Virus record (IMG/VR): IMGVR_UViG_3300025410_000009
Strand: one strand, 5' to 3'
Length of the DNA: 64,000 nucleotides
DNA from: a virus
Taxonomy: Duplodnaviria; Caudoviricetes
Shown here: positions 53,469-62,726 of the stretch, one piece after another
How the letters are laid out: each line of letters begins with the position of its first letter
Numbering within the stretch: position 1 is the first letter of the stretch
Position numbers and translations under genes: made by a program
The notes under the pieces: model-generated
The model's database searches: none
Seen by the model: the letters and a program-made list of their open reading frames with translations, nothing else
What the model was told of the DNA's origin: nothing

Positions 53469-55138
53469 CTTAGTGCTAGGCTAGCTGATATATAATTTTG
53501 ATGCTGTTGATTTAGATATTCCAATCTAGTTCGGTTGGCTGCTGCTTGTTCTTGGGATCTAATCAATATTTGTGCTTGTTGGCTGGCACTGGCTTGCAGT
53601 CGTTTGATATACGGACTGTCCGGTGATTCACCGCGGCCCAATGCAGCCGAAATTTGACTATTGTAATAGTTCAAGGCATTGGTAGACATCTGCTGTTGGT
53701 TTTGTGCCTGATACAAATCAATTTGAGTAGTACGAATATTAGACACCACAACCGAAGCATTGTAGTTGTTGAACTGTATTTGTGCCACCGGATTGATTGA
53801 CCCTTGATTTGAATTCAAGCCTATGTTGAGACTGACATTGTCTAATCTAATAGATGCGGCGGCAGTCAAGGGATACTGATATTGTTGTTGCGGAACCACA
53901 CCTGACACAGTGGGGAATCGATTGTAAGGCGAATATGGTGCATATGGTCTACCACCCAGTGCATATATTGTGGCTGCAGTGATTTCTCTACTAATTGGTA
54001 CTCGTTTGTCTCTTAGCAGCACCGCGGCACCAATGGCCACAATTGATGATAACATGCTCCGGTTACCGCCGTTGCCAAGACCGTTATAGGGAGTCGATAC
54101 CACTGTGTTTGGTATACCAGCTGCTGGTCCGTAACCAATACCAGGGGCGTATCCATAAGCTGCAGTAGTGGCTTGTGCTATACTGGTGGCATTCAAGTTA
54201 GGCACATAGATGGGTGCAGTGGAATTATTTGCCTGCAGTATGGCTGCACTGATAGCTGTCATGGGTGGCACCGGGTAAGCAACCGGGCTGTTAGACGCAT
54301 TAATTGATGTTAGGTTTTGACTTACACCTGTAGTAACCGGCGCATCGATATCGGCCAAGTTATGTTCCACATTGTCGGGTGTGGCAGGCAAATCAGTGCC
54401 TCCTGCAGACAACAACGGACTGGGCGTATTGTCGTAGTGTAGTGTTGCAAACCCGTTGACCACCTCAGAACTTATAGTACCGTAATAATACAGCACAGTT
54501 TCAAATTCAACAGTCATTTGATGTTGCATCACATTGTTGGTATCATTGGATTGATGTTCGCCGTGTGCAAAAGTCTTGATCACAGGATTGATCAACACAT
54601 ACTCACTGAATTGTTTTTGATGTAGACTATAGATACGAATACTGTTTAAGTATCTGGCACCGCTGGTGTCACGCGGCGTGTAACCCCACTCAGTGGCTTG
54701 TCGTGTTGTACTGTATTTGTGCGGGGCAGCGTATACACTTTCCTGATAGTCGCTGTCTCTATAGTGATAGTTGAAATAATCGTACCAAAAATTTCGTACT
54801 ACATCAGCACTGTCGTCGTGAAATGCTATTTGTACAGGATCGTATTTGATCTTTGATTGTACATAATTCACTCGATTGTATGCGTTGTAATTCTTAACAT
54901 CAATGTTGAACTTGGGCAGACTGACTGATTTGGCCAACATACCAATTTCGGTCTTGGTAATAGAACTGTCTTGCCCAAAGCTGGCCACCTGATCGTTTAT
55001 GTCAATGTACACATGGAACAGGAATCCATATTTGGGGGATAGTCTAAAATTATCGCCCACAAATAATTTGCTGGCGTGCTGATAATCTCTTAAAACCGGC
55101 TCGCTAGCTGACTGTGGTGGCGGAAAATTGGTGGCCAT
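53465..55138 (-). CDS. Tail-tube-fold baseplate protein (gp48/gp54-like) with a long C-terminal extension
   Basis: LAKSVSLPKF...YDPVQIAFHDD resembles the tube fold. Confidence 0.6.
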   Translation of the reverse strand: MATNFPPPQSASEPVLRDYQHASKLFVGDNFRLSPKYGFLFHVYIDINDQVASFGQDSSITKTEIGMLAKSVSLPKFNIDVKNYNAYNRVNYVQSKIKYDPVQIAFHDDSADVVRNFWYDYFNYHYRDSDYQESVYAAPHKYSTTRQATEWGYTPRDTSGARYLNSIRIYSLHQKQFSEYVLINPVIKTFAHGEHQSNDTNNVMQHQMTVEFETVLYYYGTISSEVVNGFATLHYDNTPSPLLSAGGTDLPATPDNVEHNLADIDAPVTTGVSQNLTSINASNSPVAYPVPPMTAISAAILQANNSTAPIYVPNLNATSIAQATTAAYGYAPGIGYGPAAGIPNTVVSTPYNGLGNGGNRSMLSSIVAIGAAVLLRDKRVPISREITAATIYALGGRPYAPYSPYNRFPTVSGVVPQQQYQYPLTAAASIRLDNVSLNIGLNSNQGSINPVAQIQFNNYNASVVVSNIRTTQIDLYQAQNQQQMSTNALNYYNSQISAALGRGESPDSPYIKRLQASASQQAQILIRSQEQAAANRTRLEYLNQQHQNYISASLALR

Positions 55139-55174
55139 AAAGTGGATAGATCCTTATGTAATATTTATGTCAAT

Positions 55175-55198
55175 AAAAAACCCGGCCTAAGCCGGGTG
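55175..55198 (-). terminator. Intrinsic terminator after the tail tube gene
   Basis: CCCGGC-TTAG-GCCGGG followed by TTTTTT on the minus strand. Confidence 0.88.
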
Positions 55199-55219
55199 TT
55201 ATAAGAATTGATACCAGAA

Positions 55220-55840
55220 TTACATTGTTATATTCTGTCCATAGGTACGTCCAACAAACGTACCGACTCCAGTACCAAGTGGTGTTTGAACTGCATTATC
55301 AAACAGCATGGTCATGGTGATTTGAACTGGCTCGTTGGTGCTGTAGTTCATTTCGCCATAGGCTGCGCTCTTGATGTAGCAACCATACATTTCCCATGTT
55401 TCTAATACCAATGGTGTGTTAACTCCGTTGCCACCGTCTAGCATTTCTAGACGTGTAACAAACTTATAGTCAATACCGCTACTGGCAGTGCTTTGTTGCA
55501 TGAAGTCAAATTGCTTCTGGATTTGTTCGCCAATTAGTTTGGTAACGTTTCCAGGTGCATCGTCACGCAATACAACTTGACATTCGCTCCAGCTAGGTTT
55601 ACCAGCCAAATTGACTTTGGAGTTGTAAACGTGGATAGCAATATCTTCAAAAGTAACTGTGGGTCTTGCGAACGAAACAATTTGTTTGGTTAATTCTACA
55701 CGTTGACCTAAACTTACTCCGAACCCTTCGAAACTTGCTCTGAATCTGAAGGGCAATTTTGGCATTAACAGACCCTGGCTGGTTGCACTTTGGCCACCTG
55801 CTAGGGGTACTGTGTAGTTAATTAATGATGCAACTGACAT
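55220..55840 (-). CDS. 19: Tail tube protein (T4 gp19-like)
   Basis: PKLPFRFR, FARPTVTFE, LETWEMYGC; follows the sheath gene. Confidence 0.85.
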   Translation of the reverse strand: MSVASLINYTVPLAGGQSATSQGLLMPKLPFRFRASFEGFGVSLGQRVELTKQIVSFARPTVTFEDIAIHVYNSKVNLAGKPSWSECQVVLRDDAPGNVTKLIGEQIQKQFDFMQQSTASSGIDYKFVTRLEMLDGGNGVNTPLVLETWEMYGCYIKSAAYGEMNYSTNEPVQITMTMLFDNAVQTPLGTGVGTFVGRTYGQNITM

Positions 55841-55882
55841 ATAATATTCTCCGGTTATACTTATTTATCTGTATTCCTATGC

Positions 55883-55911
55883 ATAACTGCCACCACCAGG
55901 ATGGCAGTTAT
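55883..55911. terminator. 10-bp inverted repeat between sheath and tube genes
   Basis: ATAACTGCCA-9 nt-TGGCAGTTAT. Confidence 0.6.
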
Positions 55912-55920
55912 ATATGCACT

Positions 55921-58900
55921 TTATGCTTTACCAGCTGCGATTGAGCCAGTGTTTCTCAATCTAACAGGAATGTAAATAAACTCAACTGATTTCACAGGTT
56001 CAATTGCAACGTCAACATACAATTCATTTCGATCAATACGATCTGGTGTATTGTTGGTGTCATCACAAACTACCAAATAGTCGTAAATACCACGTTTGGC
56101 TATCAAGTCGTTACATACACTTTCAATTGCTTGTTTGATTTGATCACGTGTGATCTTGTCATTGGGTTCAAACAAGAAACCGTTAGCTGTTGCTTGGAAT
56201 ATCACACGCAAGTAGTTGGTCAAACGTGCCACATTCACACGGTCCATGCTGGATGTCACTGGATTACGTGTTTTCTGTCCATATACCACTAGACCTGTAG
56301 TGGTCAACAATGTGATCGGATTGATGTTTAGTGGATACAATGCATCACGCAATTGTTGGCTAATGCCAGTAGTGATAAACAAACCACTGTTGGCATCCAC
56401 ATAACCAATCGAAGTTGCATTGTCAACTAGGCCACGACGTGTACCAGCTGGTGCAAACCATGGATAGCTCACGCTGTCGCTACGTAGATATGTGCGTAGT
56501 GCAATGTGGCTTGGTGGAACCACAACTTCGTGTCCGCTCAAATCATTGGTCATTGCGCTGGGATAGTACAATGCCACATAAGGGTCATGGTTAATAGCTT
56601 CGGTTGCATTGTAGTTGGTGATAGCAGTAACATTGGCTGGCAATGTCATTGGGGTGTCACCAATAATAAATCCAGTGTCGTTACGATCGTTGTTCAATTG
56701 AATCATGTTTGCTACTAGTTCAGGATAACCGGGGCAAACAATCAAACTGAAGTTGTAACGATCTTCACGGATATCCAAGCTGCTGTCAATAGCTGCTTTA
56801 AGAGCTTGTACAACCAATGCACGTTGAGCATGATGTCCAGCATATGGTGTACCATCTTCTCTCAAGCCGCTTTCGGTAACCCATGTTGCAGAAACTGCTG
56901 GCAAGCTCATGTTAGGATATGCTCTAGCATTGAAGTAGTTGCCAACAAAACGTTTGATGTTATAACCACTGCGACGTGTGTTAAACAACAATGTGCCACG
57001 TGGATACAATTCATAGTTGGGAGCGTCTAAGTCAATATAGTCACTGTTTTGTAATGCAGCAATGCTTGGGTAAGCGCCACTGATGGGGTCAGTAGTACCA
57101 GTATTGTCCCAACGAGCATCAGCAAACACAATACCATTTTGGCTGATGGTGTCAGTGTTGTCAATTTTAACCCAGCTGCCCAATGAGCTGTAACGATATA
57201 GACTTGGCCAATTTTCCAAATCACCAGTGTCTAACCACAAATCACCAGCCACTAGTGAAGCACCAGTGCTTTGTGTGATTGGTTGACTAGCTGTAACAAT
57301 AGGACCATTGGGGTCAGTGTTTTGCAAATTGTATCCGCGGCTGTCGCGTGGTACATTTTTGTAGCCTTTCCAGCCGTCAGTGTCGCAAACCATGATGTCA
57401 ATTTCAGTTGGATCACTATAATACCATAGTGTACCATCAGCAGGTGCAACATAAGGTGCAGTAGCACTGAATGTATAGCTGGCCACTGACCAGTGAGCCA
57501 AGTTGATCGCACCAGGAACAATGTTGGGAACAACACCGACTGTGCCGCTTACAAAACCTGCTGTGGTAACTGGGTTTCTACCAGAACCGCCCATAAGGTT
57601 TTCAAGAGTAATAATACCACCAGCTAGGTGTGTAATTGTGATAATACCGGCTGCTGTTGTTGATGCGGTCACGTTAGGAATGTTGGCTGCAAGAACACCA
57701 GAAACAAAAGCTGCAGCAGTTGTACCATTAATGGTGACAGTGTATGTGTTTGGCGAGCTGCTACCTGGCACAGAAACAATCATGTTGAATTGATCTTGTG
57801 GGGTAAATGTACCAGCTGCTTGGCTGCCTTTTACTGCAGTAACGCCACCAGTTGTAGATGAATAAAATTTGAAACTCAAATTACCATCATTGTTGGTGTT
57901 GTATTTAACAAAAATAGTGCCGGCTTGAATGTTCAAACCACCACCAGCTGAATCGAGGCCGTTTAATGCAGCGAAACCATCAGCATACAAAGGTGCTGCT
58001 AGTGTGTTCCATGTGCCCAATGCTGCGTTGTATTGGTTAAACACAAAGTTAGCACCGTTGCCAGAAGCAGTGGTTTTAACCCAAATACTGCCACTTGGTC
58101 TTGGAATAGCATCCAATTTGTGCCACGCAGGCACTTGTGCATATGTGCCATAATGTATAACAGGCGAATAGTACATGCCAGGAGACAAGTTCAATGCTGT
58201 TGTCAATGGAGTGTTGGCTCCGTCTACTAATTGTATAGCACCATCAGCATCGGTACCGTTGCTTTCAGCAGCGGCAGTTGCGTACAAGATCAATGCACCA
58301 GTGATGTCTAGGTCAGCATATACACCAGGAATACTTAGTGCATTAATGATATCACGGATAGCTGAGATTTCGTTAGTGCCGCTGGGAATTGATACAGTTG
58401 TTCCGTTAATGGCAAAATCTGCAGCAGAAACAATGTTGACACTGGTATTGCCGCTGGTCGCAGCAGGTACGCTGCTTTGCCAATCAGCACTGCCAACTTG
58501 AACCCAAACGTTCATGCTGTTTTTGTAGAACACATAGTTGTTGGTGTCGTTGACAACCACCGCATAGCTGCCGATAGTACCAAAACTTTCTTTAGGGAAG
58601 TGAATTCCATTTTCTACCACGGTATCAGCTGTGCTAGTGATAACAGTGGGTTCCATGTCAACAAAAGTGTCGGCATTTTGATCATATTCAAACAAGCCCC
58701 AGTGTGTCTTGGCTGTGTCGAGCCAGTTGGTACCATCAAATGGTGCACCAATTGGACGTACTGTGGTACCAACCAATTGATCCAAATCAATGTCGGCACG
58801 CATGACCCATGCTAGGTTACCTAGACCCAAGGCGCTGTAAGCTGCCAATAGGCCATATTCATTTAGTTCATTGCCATTAAGTGGTGTACCAGCTGAACTC

Positions 58901-59127
58901 AAACGGAAGTTTGGAGTACCAAAAGTGGTCACTAGATCACGTTGACTAGCAATGCCGTATACTTTACCAGCATTAGCTTTTGTAGTGCCGGGTGCAATTG
59001 CATTGTTATACATTTTGTTTTCTGAACTAGCAAACAAAATAAAGGGGATGGTGCCTACTGCTGTAGGTAGATAGGTGCTTTGGTCGATAATCGTTACGCT
59101 TGCGCCTGGAGATACTAATGCTGCCAT
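55921..59127 (-). CDS. 18: Contractile tail sheath protein (T4 gp18-like), 1068 aa
   Basis: LVSPGASVTIID, WFAPAGTRRG, INPI, VNVARL, FEPND, IEPVKSVEFIYI. Confidence 0.95.
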   Translation of the reverse strand: MAALVSPGASVTIIDQSTYLPTAVGTIPFILFASSENKMYNNAIAPGTTKANAGKVYGIASQRDLVTTFGTPNFRLSSAGTPLNGNELNEYGLLAAYSALGLGNLAWVMRADIDLDQLVGTTVRPIGAPFDGTNWLDTAKTHWGLFEYDQNADTFVDMEPTVITSTADTVVENGIHFPKESFGTIGSYAVVVNDTNNYVFYKNSMNVWVQVGSADWQSSVPAATSGNTSVNIVSAADFAINGTTVSIPSGTNEISAIRDIINALSIPGVYADLDITGALILYATAAAESNGTDADGAIQLVDGANTPLTTALNLSPGMYYSPVIHYGTYAQVPAWHKLDAIPRPSGSIWVKTTASGNGANFVFNQYNAALGTWNTLAAPLYADGFAALNGLDSAGGGLNIQAGTIFVKYNTNNDGNLSFKFYSSTTGGVTAVKGSQAAGTFTPQDQFNMIVSVPGSSSPNTYTVTINGTTAAAFVSGVLAANIPNVTASTTAAGIITITHLAGGIITLENLMGGSGRNPVTTAGFVSGTVGVVPNIVPGAINLAHWSVASYTFSATAPYVAPADGTLWYYSDPTEIDIMVCDTDGWKGYKNVPRDSRGYNLQNTDPNGPIVTASQPITQSTGASLVAGDLWLDTGDLENWPSLYRYSSLGSWVKIDNTDTISQNGIVFADARWDNTGTTDPISGAYPSIAALQNSDYIDLDAPNYELYPRGTLLFNTRRSGYNIKRFVGNYFNARAYPNMSLPAVSATWVTESGLREDGTPYAGHHAQRALVVQALKAAIDSSLDIREDRYNFSLIVCPGYPELVANMIQLNNDRNDTGFIIGDTPMTLPANVTAITNYNATEAINHDPYVALYYPSAMTNDLSGHEVVVPPSHIALRTYLRSDSVSYPWFAPAGTRRGLVDNATSIGYVDANSGLFITTGISQQLRDALYPLNINPITLLTTTGLVVYGQKTRNPVTSSMDRVNVARLTNYLRVIFQATANGFLFEPNDKITRDQIKQAIESVCNDLIAKRGIYDYLVVCDDTNNTPDRIDRNELYVDVAIEPVKSVEFIYIPVRLRNTGSIAAGKA

Positions 59128-59226
59128 AGTTGTTTCCTTTTATAAGAACATTGTAGTTATTTATTATGCAACATGCAAAAGTAGGTCGTTGTTGGTCCTT
59201 TGCAACGAAATAGGATTAAATACGTT

Positions 59227-59577
59227 ATGGAAGCAAGAAAGATGTGCCCATGTGGTGCAAACCCAGTGGCAGTTAATTATATCAAACAAGGTCGCACACA
59301 CTATCGTACCCTGTGTACCCCGTGTATACATAAAGGACGAAAGAGTAAACCGCCAGCACCCAGCTGGTTTCGGTCAGGGTATAGAAAAAAACCACATTGT
59401 GAAAAATGTGGTTTTAAGGCCAAGTATCCCGAGGATCAACTTAGAGTGTTTTATCTAGATGGCAACTTGAAAAACAACACCAATGTCAATCTCAAAACAA
59501 TTTGTTTGAATTGCCAACCTGAGGTATATCGATCTAGGCTACCTTGGGCTGCTGCTGTAATTGTACCAGATTTTTAA
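59227..59577 (+). CDS. Zn-binding protein with a degenerate HNH-like domain
   Basis: CPCG...CTPC; CEKCG...VFYLDGNLKNN..NLKTICLNC. Confidence 0.65.
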   Translation: MEARKMCPCGANPVAVNYIKQGRTHYRTLCTPCIHKGRKSKPPAPSWFRSGYRKKPHCEKCGFKAKYPEDQLRVFYLDGNLKNNTNVNLKTICLNCQPEVYRSRLPWAAAVIVPDF

Positions 59578-60190
59578 TTTGATCGTGCAGTTCGTCAATG
59601 GTGCCATCATTGGTCAGTGTTGCATCAAACTCGGTACCAGCCCATGATGATTCACTGGAGTGAATGTTTAAACGTTCAATTTTGACCTTGCTCAAGGCCC
59701 ATGTGGTATTGCCAACTGGCCCACGATTTACACTGGCTGCAGCATCAAACCATTCAGGTTCGCTGCCACGACGTATACGAACCACAATGCCTCCGGCGGC
59801 ACGTATGGCTTTAATCTCGTTTGGAAACCTGCAATCACTGATGACAACGTCGGTACGGATCTTACGCAATTTGTTTTCTAGGCTAGCAATCCAGATGTCG
59901 TCGTGGAAGCCTTGACGGCAAACTTCTGTACCCCAATGTTGCAATACCCAGCGTGGAGTAAGCTGAGGCATGTCAAGGCGTTGGCTCCACCAAGGGTCCA
60001 CTTGTTCGCGCCAGGCACGTGCACCTGGGGTTAGACCTTCTAGGTGCTGGCGATCCCACCCAAATATCAATGCCACTGCATCTTTAAGACTTGATGCAAA
60101 ACTCTCTCGTTGAAATCCATACGAACTTACCAAGTAATCGGCTGCAGTATCCTTGCCTGAGCCAATAAAACCTGTGATGCCAATAATCAT
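59534..60190 (-). CDS. 1: Deoxynucleoside monophosphate kinase (T4 gp1-like)
   Basis: GITGFIGSGKDT, PRWVLQHWGTE, VISDCRFPNE, HSSE. Confidence 0.92.
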   Translation of the reverse strand: MIIGITGFIGSGKDTAADYLVSSYGFQRESFASSLKDAVALIFGWDRQHLEGLTPGARAWREQVDPWWSQRLDMPQLTPRWVLQHWGTEVCRQGFHDDIWIASLENKLRKIRTDVVISDCRFPNEIKAIRAAGGIVVRIRRGSEPEWFDAAASVNRGPVGNTTWALSKVKIERLNIHSSESSWAGTEFDATLTNDGTIDELHDQIKNLVQLQQQPKVA

Positions 60191-60202
60191 GTGCTTGCCC
60201 CT

Positions 60203-60251
60203 TTGTAATATTTTACAACAATATTACAACTGTATCTAACAAAATGGTCAA
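60203..60251 (-). promoter_or_regulatory. Sigma70-type promoter overlapped by a 10-bp inverted repeat
   Basis: TTGACC-17 nt-TGTAAT; TTGTAATATT-7 nt-AATATTACAA at 60203-60229. Confidence 0.6.
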
Positions 60252-61385
60252 TTAGCCTGTGATCCAAGTCAATGGTTGCGCCCCATCAACATAGTTCTTC
60301 AAGTCTTCCTCTAATTTTTCCATCTCGGCTTGTGCTTCTTGTTTTAAGGTTTCGCCGTTCAATGTGGTGCCACCTTGTGGACCAGCAATAGATCCGAACT
60401 TGCTACGAGCTTCACCCACAATGCGTTTGGCAAAACTGTAAGCATAGTCTTGCAACCAGGGGAAAGCCATGTAGTCGTTTAACAGCATAGAGTCCGGTTT
60501 CTGATTGTAGATCCACAGCAACACAGTTTCGCTGGGAACATCGGTCATGGGGTTCCAAACTTGTGTGCTACGCAGATCATGTGTTAACACTTGAGTGGCC
60601 TGTAGCGGTGTTACTGCTTTCACTGTTATGGTGGTGCCCAAGTAATCCACTGTATCAATTACATAATTGTTGTTATAGCCGCCCACATGACAGTTGGCAA
60701 TGGTGATAACATCACCAGGACTCACGGTCCACACTTGAGAAGTCACAATTGTAATGGTACTACCAGCAGTCAATCCCGATGAGTACAAGGCATTTAACGG
60801 TATGTAATTGTGATAGGCAGCCGGCATCTTTCTCACCAGAGTGATCTTTTTAGTCACTGGATTCCAAGTGTAGTTCATGAAGCCACCAAACATCTTCATG
60901 GCCAACTTTTGATAGTCAGCAAACAGTTCGTAGTTGGTCAAGCCACCTACACGTCCAGCAACCAGCATGTAGGTATTCAGATAGCCACTGGCAAATGGCT
61001 CAAATTGACTGGCAGTGGTACCAGTTATACTACCAATACCGCGTCTGAACACTTGACGCACTTGCATGATTTCTTGCGGCAGTATGTATTCTTGTACTTC
61101 GGGTAGTAGATCCAAAAAGGCATAGCTTTCTTCCACGCTGTTGGCGCTACGCTGACGATATTTGATCAAGGCCTGCTTTAGGGCCAGCTCGTAGTGTTCT
61201 TTGTCTAGTTCAACATCAACAATTTGATCACCTAGACGCAGCCTAATGTAGTCGTAAATTTCACTACGTTTGATGTTCAGTGCAACCAGCTGACTGTCAT
61301 CAAAAGCGATTCGGCCTGGACCACCAAGATTGTCAGTTTGTATACTTAATGTATTGGGCTTTAACCCAGGTTGTAGTGTTGCCAT
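60252..61385 (-). CDS. 13: Neck protein (T4 gp13-like)
   Basis: LRLGDQIVDVEL, KFGSIAGPQGGTTLNG..LKQEAQAEMEKLEE. Confidence 0.88.
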   Translation of the reverse strand: MATLQPGLKPNTLSIQTDNLGGPGRIAFDDSQLVALNIKRSEIYDYIRLRLGDQIVDVELDKEHYELALKQALIKYRQRSANSVEESYAFLDLLPEVQEYILPQEIMQVRQVFRRGIGSITGTTASQFEPFASGYLNTYMLVAGRVGGLTNYELFADYQKLAMKMFGGFMNYTWNPVTKKITLVRKMPAAYHNYIPLNALYSSGLTAGSTITIVTSQVWTVSPGDVITIANCHVGGYNNNYVIDTVDYLGTTITVKAVTPLQATQVLTHDLRSTQVWNPMTDVPSETVLLWIYNQKPDSMLLNDYMAFPWLQDYAYSFAKRIVGEARSKFGSIAGPQGGTTLNGETLKQEAQAEMEKLEEDLKNYVDGAQPLTWITG

Positions 61386-61392
61386 ATAAAAT

Positions 61393-61421
61393 CCCGTTTA
61401 AAGTATTTATCTTTAAACGGG
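61393..61421 (-). promoter_or_regulatory. Late promoter ATAAATA in the loop of a perfect 11-bp inverted repeat
   Basis: CCCGTTTAAAG-ATAAATA-CTTTAAACGGG, 7 nt before the gp13 ATG. Confidence 0.8.
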
Positions 61422-61433
61422 GTGGCACACTTG

Positions 61434-62606
61434 TTACGCAGCCTTCAACAGCACACAGTCGGCATTGATACGACCGTTTAGCAAGATCTCGGTGGCTCGT
61501 ATGTCTCTAAGGAAGGTGCGTAGTGCCACCTTACCGGCTCGAGCAAACTCTGCCAACTGTTCAGCCGGCTTACGCAGAGTCTTGGCCACTGATTTCTGTT
61601 CATCAAAGTCGGCAATGCTGGCGCCTTTGACTGTCAGGGTCTTGTATGCACCTGCAATGTATCGTCCCAGTTTACGAGTCTTGGTGTTGTAGACCCATAG
61701 CTCGCTGGCACCCACAATGTCAGCAGGATTGATACTGACCAATTTGAGTTCTTTGTGCTCTTTGGCATACTTGAGTTTGGCGATCACTTTCTCTTTGCTG
61801 GGTGCCTTTTTAACACGAGCTTTTTTGGTGGCTTTCTTGACACCACGATACTGCTCGATGGCGGCCAGCAATTGATCAATAAACGCATAGATACGTCTAA
61901 AGTCTGTGGCCTTAAGGAATCGGTAACCTTCAACCAATTGTGCATCAGCCTTGGCCTGTGCTTGCTCAAGTTCGGATCGTACTCGAGTGTAAACAGCTTC
62001 ATATTTGCCCAACTGACTTTGCGGCACATTGTTTGAACTCAAGTAGTCGTAGGGTTTGAAGTCAACTCGATTGCCAGCTACAACTTCGTCGAAATGGCCT
62101 TCGATCTCACCAATTAACTCACTGGTGCGTTCGTTCAAACGATCTTGAATACTGGGACGATACACTTCGGGCACAGCAGTGGTAGTGGTCACTGTTTCCA
62201 CTTCAGGGGCTGTGGCCATGATTGCGGCTCGAATGTTCTCGTTCAAAAACTTCACATGTCGTTCTTTGAGCGGCATACCTGCACGATGAGCCATGATCAG
62301 ACTACATGCTGTCATCGAAATGCTCTTGTCTGCACTACGGTCAAAGGTCTTGACATCGTCTTTGGTGTATTCTTTTACAGTACGCATCCATTCAACCACG
62401 TACTTTTTGGTATCTTTTTGGCTGTAATAATAATTGTAGTAGTAGAAACTGCGGCGCAGGTGATGATCAAATTCGGTATCGGTCATGCTCAAGGCACGTT
62501 CAGTGTCCCATGCCGGTTCACCACCGGTGTATTTTTCATCAAAAAAGATAGGATTGCGGGTTTTTGCTTGTTTTGTTTTGATTTTAACGCCAGCTACTGT
62601 TGCCAT
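61434..62606 (-). CDS. Hypothetical early protein
   Basis: 390 aa; TAGGAG RBS; own sigma70 promoter. Confidence 0.7.
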   Translation of the reverse strand: MATVAGVKIKTKQAKTRNPIFFDEKYTGGEPAWDTERALSMTDTEFDHHLRRSFYYYNYYYSQKDTKKYVVEWMRTVKEYTKDDVKTFDRSADKSISMTACSLIMAHRAGMPLKERHVKFLNENIRAAIMATAPEVETVTTTTAVPEVYRPSIQDRLNERTSELIGEIEGHFDEVVAGNRVDFKPYDYLSSNNVPQSQLGKYEAVYTRVRSELEQAQAKADAQLVEGYRFLKATDFRRIYAFIDQLLAAIEQYRGVKKATKKARVKKAPSKEKVIAKLKYAKEHKELKLVSINPADIVGASELWVYNTKTRKLGRYIAGAYKTLTVKGASIADFDEQKSVAKTLRKPAEQLAEFARAGKVALRTFLRDIRATEILLNGRINADCVLLKAA

Positions 62607-62637
62607 GAGTACTCCTAAATCTAGTCACTAAGCTCGT

Positions 62638-62666
62638 ATTATACACTAGTTTTCCCTGATTGTCAA
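62638..62666 (-). promoter_or_regulatory. Consensus sigma70 (early) promoter
   Basis: TTGACA-17 nt-TATAAT. Confidence 0.9.
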
Positions 62667-62726
62667 GTGTTATTTAACAGGATGCACAGCCCGCATATGG
62701 CTAAATACTAAAAAGGATCCGTTTTT

